In this document: positions 12,517 through 25,223 of the stretch, one piece after another
How positions within the stretch are numbered: position 1 is the stretch's first letter
Layout: the number at the start of each line of letters is the position of its first letter
DNA from: Klebsormidium nitens
Lineage: Eukaryota; Plantae; Klebsormidiophyceae
Reading direction: 5' to 3'
Length of the DNA stretch: 64,000 nucleotides
Assembly: GCA_000708835.1 (NCBI GenBank)
Contig: DF237050.1
Location: forward strand, 139,296-203,295
Made by a program: the position numbers and the translations under genes
Notes under the pieces: generated by a model
What the model was told of the DNA's origin: nothing
What the model saw: only the letters and a program-made list of their open reading frames with translations
Database searches by the model: none

Positions 12517-15500
12517 ATGGACAGTTCGTCCTCAGATAGTGAACTTGAGGGGTTTACTGTTGCTCTGATCAAAGGTCTGATGATAGAACGAGCGGCTGAG
12601 CTGAGAGGTGCAGCATCAGATGCACAAGCAATGGAGGGGGTGAACGAAATCAACGCAGCTGAAAATGTGACAGAGGACGAGGAAGATTTCGAGGATTCTG
12701 AGGGTGAAGACGAGTATGAAGAAGATCAGGAAGATGAAGAGGAGTGGGTCGAAGTTGAATCAGGATCAGAGTAAGGAATGCAATGAACATTTAACAATTT
12801 GCAGTAACATTGACACCACCCAATTGTATACATACTGATATAAAGGCTGCTTGTAATTTCTGCCTTGCATACTTTCTCTGATGGACTTTCTAGCTCATGT
12901 GACAATGCTGCCCAATGACTTCGCAAACTTCTCAATCTAGTTTGAGACCACACCACCAGTTGCATCATGAAGGTTGCTGTAGTTTCACCCCCTTTGAAAT
13001 TTGTCTTTTGCTGGTGGTATGTTGGGATTGCTCGATGAGGCCCCTCCTTGCTCTCGGAGCAGTTTCTGGGGATAAGATGCGGTCTCCTGCATTACAGATG
13101 GTGTGTATTTAGATCTGGCCTTCAGTGGCTCACTCCTGTTTATGGAGCCTTTGTTGGAGAGAAAAGACAAGTGATGGGCTTTTTTTTGACAAAAGCCCAT
13201 CACTCCCCAGTACAGGTTGCCAAAAGCATAAAAGGACCTCAAATCTGGTTCAAAAAGTAGACACCAGAGATCAAATTGTAGAATACCAGTCAGAGTGGAA
13301 GTGGTACATAAGTTCTCGTCAAAACAATCCTGGCAGGGTGAATTTTCAAGCAGAGGTGCAGACCATGAAGTGTCTGACCTCCAGCAATAGATTGGTCCAG
13401 ATTCAAAGTGACGCAGGATATGAACTTCGAATCACAAGCAGAAAAGGGCTCCGGAAACGCTTTGAAATGTTTCTGGTACTTTGTTGGACAAACAGGCATG
13501 GCAATTGTAGGACAACACGTGCATAACAGTTGGACCAAAATCCCTGATTCCCAGAATTTGCTGCCCTCAGGGGACCCTGCACAGAGGAGGAGTACCGGGA
13601 GGAGCTTCTCTTTGCGCTTACAAATGCTGAGAGGTCCGGCAGCTTCTGTGCTGAAGGAACACTGAAGATGTTCAACCCTCCAGGGCTTGAGGTTGCCAGG
13701 CTGGGCCCCATTGGCCTCCCCCTCACTGCCACACAAGCCAAGGAGCTAGCCAAAGTTTGTTCTCAGGCCCCGTTCGGACGCAGGTGAGTAAGACCCTGAT
13801 CTGTGTCCTGCAGATCAGAATTGAGTGATATTTCCTTCAGGCATTAGATTGCTTGAACGAATCGTCCATGATTGGACAAAGGTGTCTTACCTGGCAGTCG
13901 GAAGTCATTAGGTATTCCGATTTTGAACTGCCAATCAGGCAAGAATGGATGGAGTGATCTCGAGACGAAGCATCAGAAGTACAAATCACTCTCAACATTA
14001 CGAATTGCAGCGCTTCTCAGAAGATGTGTTCTTCTGACATAGCCCACAGATCCAACGGATAGAACAGAATTTTGAATGTCATGTGGTTGCTCTTGAATTG
14101 CCCTTTTTACTCGTTCCAGGGGACTACATTGGAAACACCATGACTGGTTGACAAATGCAGTGACAATGAGGAACTGACCCAAAACGTGCTGAGGCAGATA
14201 TACAACTGATGCAGCCAGCCTTGAAGCAGGGAGCAATGGATGTGTGTGACAGAACAGACCCACTTTCCTTTTCTCTCTGCAACTGTTGAGCACAAAAGAC
14301 GGAACCTTTACAACTCTAGGAAGATCGTTTTGCGAAGATCTCAACCTCGAAGTCTTGGGCCGTTTAACCTTGGCGTTCCTTGCAAATTTCCTTCGTGTCT
14401 CTCTTTGAGGGCTGGTGCGTTTATTCTGTTGCAGGGAGGCGACCGTGTATGACACGTCCGTCCGCCGGTGCCTGCAGCTGTCTCCCGACCAGTTCCGTCT
14501 GCAGGGACCAGACTGGGCGGCCCAGCTTCAGCGCCTGGTCAACACCGAAATCAAGCGTGGCCTGGGGGTTCCGGAGAATCTGAAAGTCGTGCCCCAACTC
14601 TACAAGCTTCTTCTGTACGAGCCGGGGAGCTTCTTCACGCAGCATCGGGACTCGGAGAAGGAGGACGGCATGTTCGGGACTCTATCCGTGGTATTGCCGT
14701 CCGCGCACAAAGGAGGTGAGTCGCTAAAAACCGGAATACTGGGATCAAGTTGGTTATCGGGATTTCAATCCAGTCTGTAACAAGCCGAAAGTGCACTGTT
14801 CTAGATTTAGAGCGACATCAAGCTGAGAGTCCGCTTGGAATCTTGACACCGTTGGTGCAACCACTGCATCCTTTCTGGGCCTGGTCGACTCGAGACAACA
14901 TCAATGTAATTTCCGCACCTGTAGAGACTTGCGTTTGCACTTGTGAGGTCCTTGGGCGCAACTGTAAACGGTAAACTTTCAAGAGAAATTGACATGCTGA
15001 CAGCAAGAAGAATGCGTACCACCGTAATGCAGAGTACGTTGCCACGAAAAATATTTTAAGGAGATTTGCGGCACCTTGATTCGTCTCCCATCGGGAACCA
15101 GCCTTAACCCCGCCGAAAATACAATACGATCTGGATTGAATGGCTCCCTCTCGCGTTAATGAACGCCAACGGAACCCAATGGTTTGCATGGACTTGACAA
15201 AGTCGTGATCTTTCAACTCCTTCTCATTGCCTAGGCGAGTTGATAGTGCGCCACGCGGGCCGCGAGGACGTCCTCGACTTTGCGTCGCGGTGCATGTACC
15301 ACGTCCACTGGGCCGCATTCTACGCCGACCGCGAGCACGAGATCCTGCCCGTCAAGTCCGGCCACCGCCTGGTGCTGGTCTACAACCTGGTCGCGCAGGG
15401 GCCCGTGGGAGAACTAGAGCCGGCGGACAACCGGCAGGCGGTGAAGGACGCGCTGGCGGCGCTGCGTGCGTGGAGTGCTGATGAGGACGGACCGTTTAAG

Positions 15501-18500
15501 CTGGTGATTCCGCTGGAGCACCAGTACAGCAGCAGGAGCCTCTCGTTCAACGGACTCAAGGGGCCGGACATTGCGACGGTGGACATCCTATGCCAGGCCG
15601 CCAAGGTGAGGACAATGTAAAATTACTCACAGATATTGCTTTGTTGACATGTTGCTGCGCTCAGAATCTTGGAGTGGTCCAAAGAGAGTTCCGGGCTGCA
15701 GAGGCGGCGGTAATAGCAAGAAAAGAAGTACCAGAGCCGATCATACTGATAAAAGTCTCGTAGTCACCATTCGCTGCTTTCCTCACTGGATTGGAGAAAG
15801 CCAACCCGGCTGTCGATGTCTGCTCAGTTCCTGAAAGGGTTTCAGGGTCGCTGTTTTTGGTTGTTAGGTTTTAACTGTTTGCTTTCGATCTCGCTTCATC
15901 TGGTATGTTTGCAGAGTTGGACGCAGCAGAGGACTTTATAAAGAGCAAGGTGATTGAAATCAATCTATCGGTCGGGCACGGCTGAGCGACTCAAGAAGCT
16001 CTCTTCAGCGGGGTTTTCCACGAGCCGAAGCTTAGTATTGTTGGTGCGACTCGTCGCATCATGAAAGCTTGCGGCTGGCCCAGTTTTTTGGGTATGTAAG
16101 TGGAAAATGATTTGAAAGGGGTTCTCAAACCGAGCCTTGCAGATTGCGGACCGGCCGCCGTTCCACTTCTTCCTGGGCATGCTCAAGATGTCGGAGTCTG
16201 GCCCGGAGGACTACGACGACGACGACTGGGACACCACGCTGGAGCTGACGGACATCATCGCGCCGTCCGGGGAAACCGTGCGCTACTCCAAGCTCGAGTG
16301 CGACGAGGACGGTAAGGGGCACAACGTCCGACGAACGTTGCGGCCCGGGTGCCAGGATCCTAAAATGGCCAAAACTAACTTCAGAAGTTTCTGACAAGAA
16401 TCCTGTCATGCACACAGCCAATTTGTGAAGATGCATTCAGGAGCACGTAGGTATGAGGCGGAAAGCGGCCTTTGAAGCACTCTCACCTGCGGCCCCACCT
16501 ATCAGTCAATTGCTGGTTTAGAGGGAGTTAAGAATGTCAATCGACAAGGCGGAGATGCCTCTCGAATTAAGAGAGGCTTCAGCTTTGCAAGAGAGGGTGT
16601 CGATAGGAGCGCTGTTTTTGATTGATGCAATCCTGCATTGCGGATTGGGGCAGGGAGCTTTGCACTCGTCGATTGAGTCGACCGTTGCTGCTGAGGACTC
16701 CTCAAGCACGCCGTCCCGTGCGTCAACGTTCAAAAGGATGAGTTATAGCACGTCTGCTTGTGGCAGGAGGGTGTTAGTAATTAGACGTTTCTAAACATGA
16801 TTTAGAACTGCGAGATCCCATTTCTGACCCGCCTAGGCGACAAAGAGCAGTTGCCCCTTTTGCCGAAGTCTGGAGGTCCTGGCCGATCCTATGTAACGTG
16901 GGTTTTCTGATGAAGCATTTGCCAAATTTCCTAAGCTTATGGCCATACACCGTCAACACCGTGGCTGCAGAGCTGCTGCCGGAGGGCGCTCTGGACGACC
17001 ATGACTGGGACCACGAGCGGAGTAACGACACCGGGAACGAGGGCGTCACCGTTGAGCGCTGGTACCGCCACGCGGCGCTCATCGTGTGGCCGCACTCCAA
17101 GCACTGGGAGGTGGCGTGCACCAGCAATATCGGGAAAGCAATCAAGGTAACGACATGCGGTAGTCGTCGGTAGACGCTCCCGGCCTAGGTTTCCACTTTG
17201 TTTGTCTCTGGTCTGCACGCTTTTGCGGAGGGTGAACAACGTGACAAATCGCCGGAACCTCATCAAAGACGCTCCGTGTGGAGCGATTTGCTATGGAAGT
17301 TTGCATTTCGATGCCCTTGCGCTAGAAGTGCAATACTGCTGGCTGCCAATTGTGACAATTGCGCTCTCTCAACCAGTCGGTCTGCGGAAATATCAGCCTT
17401 TTCGAGAGCCTGCGCAGCTTGAGGCGCAGTAGACGCTGCACCACAAAACACAATCGGCAGCGGTCTTCTGCCCAGATTGGTCCTGGCCCATAATGGCTTG
17501 AACGTTTTTTTTCTACGATTCGCAGGAAGCGTCCGAGCTGGCGGCAACCGCCAAGCAGGTACGGGAGACCCTGGAGGCGACGCTGGGCGACAACGGGCGG
17601 CTGTCGCGCGGCGAGGCCGGGCTGGTAACGGAGCTCGTGTTCGAGCACGGCCAGGTGCACGTGCTCGCGGAGCTGCGGCGCGCGCTGCAAACAATCTGCA
17701 AGTACGGGGGCAAGCTGACCCCAGCGCAGGCGCAGACGCTGACGAAGCTGCTGCTCAAGCACGGCGACGTGGACATGGCCAGGGTGAGGGGTGCGGCCGC
17801 AAACATAGCAAGGAACCACGTTTGTCCTCTGGTCGTGTGTTGGCGGCTTGTAGATTTGTCCGTAATTGGTTCTTGTCCGTCGTTAACGAGATTTCAAGCG
17901 CCAGTGTCCGATAAAGGTGATCGTAAGAGCTCTTCGTCCCTGCGTGTGTAAATCAGGGCGGTCGTTTAGCGAGTCTCGACAGAACATTGTCCTGGCTGCA
18001 GGACTCAATTATCGACGAAACGAGTCCCTAATTGCGCGTTTGTACCTCTGAATATAGGCGAGACACTCCATAGTCAGCCAAAGCAAACCGTTTGGTTCTG
18101 TGTGCCGCAGACCCTGGTCATTCACTGCCCGTCCCCGGCGGACGGCCTCGTGGTGCCGGCTCTGGCGTCCCGCTTCAGCTGGGCGGTCCTGCAGCCCGAC
18201 ATCCTGGCTCTGCTCACCCGCAAGTGCGACACCGCCAGCCTGACCGACTGCCTCAAGCTGCTGCTGCGCATCGCGCCCAAGCCACCCGAAAGCGACGCAC
18301 CACCCCCCCAGGCTGGAGCCTCCGGTGAGGCGTCGGGGTATGAGCCGTCAGCGTCGGAAGGAGAGTCTACTGTCGAAGCAGGGGGCGTGAAAACGGAAGA
18401 GAGGAGAGAGCGGGCGGTCGAGGGCCGGGGCTCGAGACCAGCAGCGATCGTGCAGTTCGGTTTGGGGGTTGGCACGTCTGGCCGGGCCCTATTAGAACCT

Positions 18501-20256
18501 GCAGCCGGGGCAAGAGATGGAGTCAGCCAAGTGCTGGGGGGGACGGCGCAGGTCGAGGGCAACGGAAGGAGCGCGTCCACGGCGGAACCAAGTGGGAATG
18601 TGACCGGAACGGCCGAGCCGGCGGAATTCGTGCCGCCCCGGAAGCCGACCAAGGATGAGCAGGCTCGAGAGGAGTTGTGCCGGAGCGCGATAGCGATCGT
18701 GGTGGACAAAGTTGTCACCAAAGCGTCCGGCACCAACAACTTTTATCCAGGCTACTTCCCCAACTGCAGTCTCAACAGCCAAAGTATGCCCCCTTTTGTG
18801 CGCCTGATCGAACGTTTTGGCACGGAGCCGTTTGCCCCCGCGACGGACGCCCTCGTACGGAACAAGGTCGAGTCTTCGCTGCAGACGGCGGCCGAGCTGC
18901 TGTGGGACTTCGTCCGGGTGGGCCATGCAAAACGGCCAAAGGGATCCCCCCCGGATCTGTCTCCCCCGGCCCTGGCTTTCTGCCGTCAATTCGCCGCGGA
19001 ATTGGCGAGCAAGCTCATCAAAGAAGCGGACCCACCGCCGGAGAATCGGCTGTACCAAGTGGCGTATGTCACCCCTCCTCGTAGCTCGGAGTTTGTCGCA
19101 CTTTTCCTGAAGACGCTCCACTCTCTCCAAGTCGATCAGGAGGTTATGGATCCGGTCGTTGCTCACCTGCTTGCGACTCCCAATGCGCACCCCATCGACC
19201 GTTGTCTCCTTCACGCCCTCAAAGAGCTCGTTGCGTGGTTTGGGGAAGGGCCAATGAACGTTCAGTGGTTTGCGGAGCTGCTGGGGGGGTGTCTGGGAAC
19301 GCTGGAGAGCGCCTGTGCTGAGCCGCCCCCCGAGCCGAGAAACTGGGCACTGCCAGCGACGTGGGGCTGCGTGTGCGAGTGTTGTCCTACACTGCTCGAC
19401 TTCTGCCACGACCCAGAACGGACAAAATGGACGTATCCGAAGACCAGTGATCATACCCGGAACCACCTGAGGCAGATCATTGAAAGGTGAGCCGAGTCTT
19501 CGTACTGTGTGCCCTTTTAAGCTAACTGCTCGGTTCTTCAAAGAGTCTTTGGGGAAGCGCTTGGAGCAATTTTCATCCAAAAGAACAGCCCTCTTTCCGC
19601 TAAAGCATCAGCGACGTCCTTCGTCATCTTCCGTTGCTCGACATCCTCATACCCCTGTACAAAGCTTGAATCCTAAGCGGTAAGCTTTTCTCAGCGTTTC
19701 CCATCAGCATCTCCACATTTCAACCCTACCAAGGTGGTAGCTTGTCGTAGCAGGCCTTGGTCGAACTTCTTTAGCGAGTACCGAGGCTCAATCTGAAGCG
19801 CTATTTGACCTGCGCGAGCGCGGCCACTGAAACTCGTTTTGCGGTTGTCATTTGTGATAGATTGTCAGGATCTACGACGGAAGTCCCCAATTCTAATGTG
19901 CATGACTAAGATATGCCCTTAAACATTGCGCAGATGCCAGAAGAATTTGAGACTTTGTGAAGACAGTGACGTTTTTCTACAATCAAGGTTCAGGTTGATT
20001 GATTGAGCGCTCCCCCTGCAGGAATGGCTTGCCCGTGAAGGCAGTGGCTAAGGAGCCGGTTTCGGAGATGTCGCCCCTTCTTCTCATCAAGGAGGGATCT
20101 GAAGGAAAGAGCCACGAGGCAGAGCTGGCGGTGCTGGCCACGAGAATAGAGAAATACGAAAAGGACAAGAATGTCCTCGCTGAATTGTCAGCCCTTCGGT
20201 TACAAGTCCAAGGTGAAGCAAAGTCCAAAGACGATCAGACTATACACCGTGCCTAG
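12517..20256 (+). CDS. Large 2-oxoglutarate/Fe(II)-dependent oxygenase-family protein with acidic N-terminus and long helical C-terminal region; multi-exon
   Basis: Exons encode PGLEVARLGPIGLPLTATQAKELAKVCSQAPFG (~13650-13783), YKLLLYEPGSFFTQHRDSEKEDGMFGTLSVVLPSAHKGG (HxD motif), WAAFYADREHEILPVKSGHRLVLVYNL (distal His and Arg), LEHQYS, TGNEGVTVERWYRHAALIVWP and WALPATWGCVCECC..FCHDPER. The last exon is ~20020-20256. Assignment of the acidic first exon (12517-12770) is inferred. Confidence 0.85.
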
Positions 20257-20468
20257 CTTGAAATCAAAAGCTTGTGGCTACTAATCAGACAATACTGACA
20301 TTGAGAGTCCCGCTGGATACAACCAGGGCGCGGTGACTTGAAAGGGATGCACAGACTGCACAGACAAACCTCAACGGTCCGCACATCAGCTAGGTTATGT
20401 AGCTTGACTGAGGCAATGCATAAGACGCGCAATGAACACTCCCGTTTCTCGCGGCAGCAAATCTGCTC

Positions 20469-20548
20469 TTTCGGATTGAATCCGGTGGTGCACCCCCCCG
20501 GGCCCTGTTTCGGATTGAATCCGATTGTGCACCCCCTCGCGGGCCTTG
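20469..20548. repeat. Two imperfect ~39-bp tandem copies containing the hairpin CGGATT-G-AATCCG
   Basis: TTTCGGATTGAATCCG..GTGCACCCCC..GGGCC at 20469 and 20508. Confidence 0.85.
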
Positions 20549-20915
20549 ATTCAGTCAAGTATACACACCAACTGTTCCATAAACATGGCTTCGATGAGAC
20601 TGTTTCGCACGTATGCAGCTGAAGCTTTGATTCGCAAGTTAGGGCTGCTTCCGACCGTCCCAGCTCAGTCAGAGCACGGTCCTGATATCGAAAGTCTGTC
20701 ATTCTGTCTGAAGAAACGTATATGCACCGGCACACCCGGGCAACCCGGCGTGGAAATTTGTTGACAAAGTGCATTCGAGTATTGCGCATATGTGTGGCAT
20801 TTCAACCTATACGTTGCTGGGGCCGAAATCGTACATGCATGATCGGTGCAGCGGGCCACGATCGATTCCGATCGACGTAGTGAACAATAACAGCCAGTGA
20901 ACAGTAACGGAGACG

Positions 20916-20976
20916 GGTAGGGTTAGTTAGGGGGTTAGGGTGCGGAGCGGGTGTTTCTTTAGGTTAGGGTTTTTAG
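20916..20976 (+). repeat. Short degenerate telomere-like (TTAGGG-type) tract
   Basis: GGGTAGGGTTAGTTAGGGGGTTAGGGT followed by TTTAGGTTAGGGTTTTTAG. Confidence 0.55.
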
Positions 20977-21594
20977 TAAACCCAAAATGCTTACTGTTCA
21001 CTATATTGAGAAATACCCACGATCGAGGTCCTGACGCCAGCTCTAGCGGCAGATATTGCATCTAAAACTAAATGCACATGGTCGGGACTTGTTTGTCGTC
21101 GGGCCATGGTTGCATGCCCACATGATCAACAGTTACTATTGAGGATTGTGGATCGTTTGCGGGCCGGCCGGATTCGGATTGAAAAATAAGGAGACCCGGC
21201 CGCCGCGCGTACATCAACTAGGCATGCATAGCGCCTATAAACGTAGCGCTTTGACGACATATCCCGGCAACGCTTATGCATGAGGTAATTCCGACGCACT
21301 AATCAACCCTGCTGAGGCGGCTTCAACAATTGCGGACGAGTGAACGAACCGCCAGAGTCACTAAGATATGCCCGTGCAAAGCGATATGGATCCGTCGAAA
21401 CGGGTTTACGGTGTGCGATCAAGTGCGGGGCTCCGCGAAGCAGAATTTGATAGGATGTTTTGGACCAGTCGGTGTACGTTAGCACAGACTAGCAGGCGCC
21501 TTTGTGGATTGCTCAGTTCCGTCTCTTTGAGCCCGTCGGCGCGGGGCAAGGGGAACCAACCAACAAGGGAACTTGGTTGAGTTGGAGAATCCAT

Positions 21595-24295
21595 TCAGAA
21601 AGTGAGGCGCTCTGTCGTCGTGGACACGACCTTGAGCTTGTCCGTAAGGGCATTGGGGTCTGCAAAGTTGTGCGTTTCGGACCCTAGGCCCCTCTGTGCT
21701 AGCGCCTCAAACGACTCCTCCCGCTGCGTGTACTCCCGGATGACTGACACTGGGCATATGCTCTTCTCGCCCTCTTTCGGTTGGAAGGGGCAGTATATGC
21801 GAGCGTCTCGTAACCGGAACCGTGCTCCGTCAACTCTCATCTGCGGCCAGAACGGTTTGCATTTGGGCTGCAGGTTGCAAGGGACTAGGAGCAAACCTCT
21901 TCCTTGGACCGAAGGGAGCTCGAAGGAACTCGCGAAATCGGAGGACGGGCTTCCAAAAATGGCCAGCAATGTTGATGGAGACTCTAAGACGTTGAGAGTG
22001 ACAAGGCTTTGTATGATCCAAAAGCAGAACGAGCCTGAGCCTTTTTAACAGATTCGAAGCAAGATAGTGTGCTTTCATATGAATCCCATAAGCTTTGGAG
22101 ATACGGTGCTGTCAGTCGAACTTATCACTTGCGGAATAAGGTTTTGCAATGCCAGCAATCCCGTCGCTTCCAGAAGAACCTTGCAAGAAATTTCCTCCAC
22201 TGCAGACGCAAGAATCAATGGGAAACGGGCTTACAAAGACGAGCGACCAGTCGGCTTACCCAGAACCGCAGCAGCACGAACCAGCAGCACGGCATCACGC
22301 GCACCTTGGCCGTGAGCAGCGTCACCCCGTTGTCGGCAAGCTCGTCCTCATACAGCACAACCTGGGGGGTGACGAAGCATCAAAGGCAAATCGCCAAACC
22401 TAGGACGCATTCTCAGAATAGCTGACACCCCTTTGTTCCATGACCTGGACAGGTATGAGAAGGTCGAACTTCTTTGCTTGTGAAGGGAGGGCCATGCACA
22501 CACCCAGAACAATGTGCATAAGACGTTGACTCATGTCAACCAACCGAAGAGAGGCGGACTTAGTGCAATCCGTGCTACATGTCGTACTTGAACCCGAAGT
22601 GGGGAACAAGGAGGAGAGACGGAAGTCACGCCCACGTATTGGCCGCAGCTGACTCACCTCGTCGTAAAAGAGAATGGGGTCTCGGGCCATCAGGAGCTCA
22701 AGATCGATGCTGCCCTCAAAAGGCTCCCATCGAACGCTCAGCGCAGAAGAAGCCCCTTCGGAGGGCCTCGACCTTTCCCCGCCAGATGAACCCTCTTTGC
22801 TAACGGCAGGTCTTGCGCCTCCCTCGCTGGACGAAGCTGTGTTCCCTTCACGTGATCCGGCTTTTGTACCCCCCGCCTCTAAGCTCTGCTTGATATCCAC
22901 TGCGCCACTACTTGGACTCTCCGGAGGAAGACTTTCGGTGCCATTCCTGTCCGTTTTGCTCCTTGGATTTTGTCCAATAGGGTCAGCGGGTCTGGTGGGC
23001 CCAGGGGGGTAACGCCTCAAGCTGCCGCAGTAGGGAGTGGTGAAGGTATAGTCATATTCCAGGAAAATCTTGGCCTCAGGGTTGCTGCACAACAACAGGC
23101 TTGGAGTGAGCCCTGCGAAACAGCCATTCTTCAGGTCAAAGCACGTCCTTGCTAAAAACATGATTGAAAGTCGAGTCAGAATCTGTCTATGTGATTGGAG
23201 TGAGCTCCAGCGCAGTCAAATAAGATGAGTTCGGAAGTCATTAAGGTTATACTTAGACTTTGGGTCAATCTTCAAGAAGGGCTCAACTTTTCACTATGAC
23301 ACATGTCTGGCACTCACCAAGCAGACTCTAAAATGGTCAAGATACTTTTTCCGATCACAACACCAAGCCCCAGGTTCAATTAAAGCAATGAATGAGTGGT
23401 CGTGCTCACCTCTTCTTACTCCAGTGCTTGGCTGCGGGGATGGGCACAGGCGGCAAAGCCTCTGCGCACCACCCATGGAGAGCATCAAGCGCATTGAAGT
23501 TGAGGCAGACACCTGTTTCTTCATGAACAAGTTCCAGCCAACTTCCCCCAAAGACCATCTCGGGAAGGTGCCGGGTGCCAAGAGTCTCCTCCCATCTGGA
23601 CACAAAAGAGCAGAACGGGGACATCTGATTCTTGTACTCTCAGCTTAGGAGGAATGTAACTGAGAGATTCAAACAAAAGATTCTTCCGCTCCACATTGAC
23701 CTCCCTGGAGGCCAATTGCGATTCGCCTTCCGCTTTTCTTCGTCAAGAAGCTTGCCAGAAATCCACTTAAAAAGTCTGAGCGATGGTTTTCACTGTCCCG
23801 CTCTACCCACGGTGGCCATCAAGGTGGTGAAGACTGCAAGCTGGTGGCACCAAGCCAAGATGATAATCAAAACAGGAACTGAAAAACTGGGAATATAACC
23901 TTGCAATGATACTCTTGTTGCGGCTGGAACACAATCTGATTTGGGCTTCCATTCTGCCCCTTAGTGTGGACATTCGGTTTTCCGAACCTTCCACAGCTCC
24001 CAAGCACCCCACCTTCTCAAGCTTTTCGTGATGAAAGTCTGACTCACATCTCGATCTCTCTTGCATTGAGAATTGGTCGCTTCTGTGTCTCTATTCTCCA
24101 TCCGGCAATTCTCACGCCACAGCGGTCCTCTTCCAATTCCTCCCCCCCAGCATCAACCAGTGCTTTCAATGGCGAGGTATCTGCAGTGGCCCCGTATGAA
24201 GCCCCAGGGACTGCCGGCAACGCAGGCGCAGGCTTTGTGCTGTTCCTCTCGCTCCAAGGTGCAATTGCATCCTCGTGACGGGGCCTATGCGCCAT
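21595..24295 (-). CDS. TIP41: TIP41-like protein (TIPRL, PP2A/TOR pathway regulator); multi-exon
   Basis: GWRIETQKRPILN; HLPEMVFGGSWLELVHEETGVCLNFNALDALHGW; YDYTFTTPYCGS; IDLELLMARDPILFYDE; VVLYEDELADNGVTLLTAKVRVMP (minus strand ~22260-22365); LRVDGARFRLRDARIY. Confidence 0.93.
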
Positions 24296-25223
24296 GCTTT
24301 ATGTCTCAATGCAGCTGCCAGAAAAATCAACCTGTGAACCAACTTATTAGTACAAACACAAGAAAATTGCGACCTCTTGCCAGGAGAGGGCAAGCGCAAC
24401 AGGAAAGAAAGTGAAGGACGGAGTGGCACTGGCACTGCCAGCAGCTCCTTCCTTTCTGCCTTGAGAAGTTGGAGTCACACCTTGCTTTAATTGGCAGCCT
24501 GTTTTTGGCGGCTTGCAGGTTAGCAAGCGTAACCGACTAACGTAGGTATTATTATACGATTGTTTCTTCTCGAGCTGCTAGGTAATCGAAATTGAAAACC
24601 CTCACGGGTTAAGAAACGGGTTTGCAAAGGAAAAGGGATGCCAGTTGTCCGCGATGGAAAATTGGGGCCACAGATCAGCTCCAGATCGTTGCTAGAATCG
24701 TATCCAGGGCAGATTTCGTCTTGTCTCCTTCCTTCCCTTACAATCCTAATAGCATCTGGGTGAAGGCTAAGGCGCAGCCTGCATGCACACAGGCCAGAAA
24801 GCAAGGAGCGATTTCTGATATTGGAGACGGAATCTGGTGGCCGCAGGCAAAAAACAGAGGAAGCGAAACAAAGCACCACCGATGCAACTCAAGCAAGTGT
24901 CAGAGCACACATTCCGCCCTTTATAATGGTGCACTAGGAATGGGCGATCTGAGTTGGCGATTGCAAGCTGGGAGTGTAGGAATGGGACACAAATCGTGTT
25001 TTTCCGGCACATTCCAGCTACTGTGACACCTCAGCATTGCAGCCAGGCATTTTGGCATCTTGGCTGACCGCTGCATCACCACTCCCAGGATGCTTCTAAT
25101 GCAGAGTCTGCTATAGAACTGGTTGGGCAATGCCGTTGGCTAATTGACGCTCCACCAGCAAATGGCACGATCAACTTGAAGCAAGTTCAATTTTGGGCCG
25201 TAAGTTCTCCTTTGTTTCTAGCA

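Noticed and set aside
18122-19580. Minus-strand ORFs of 205 and 362 aa
   Set aside because: Antisense to the 462-aa exon of the 2OG oxygenase gene, which carries the recognisable family motifs.
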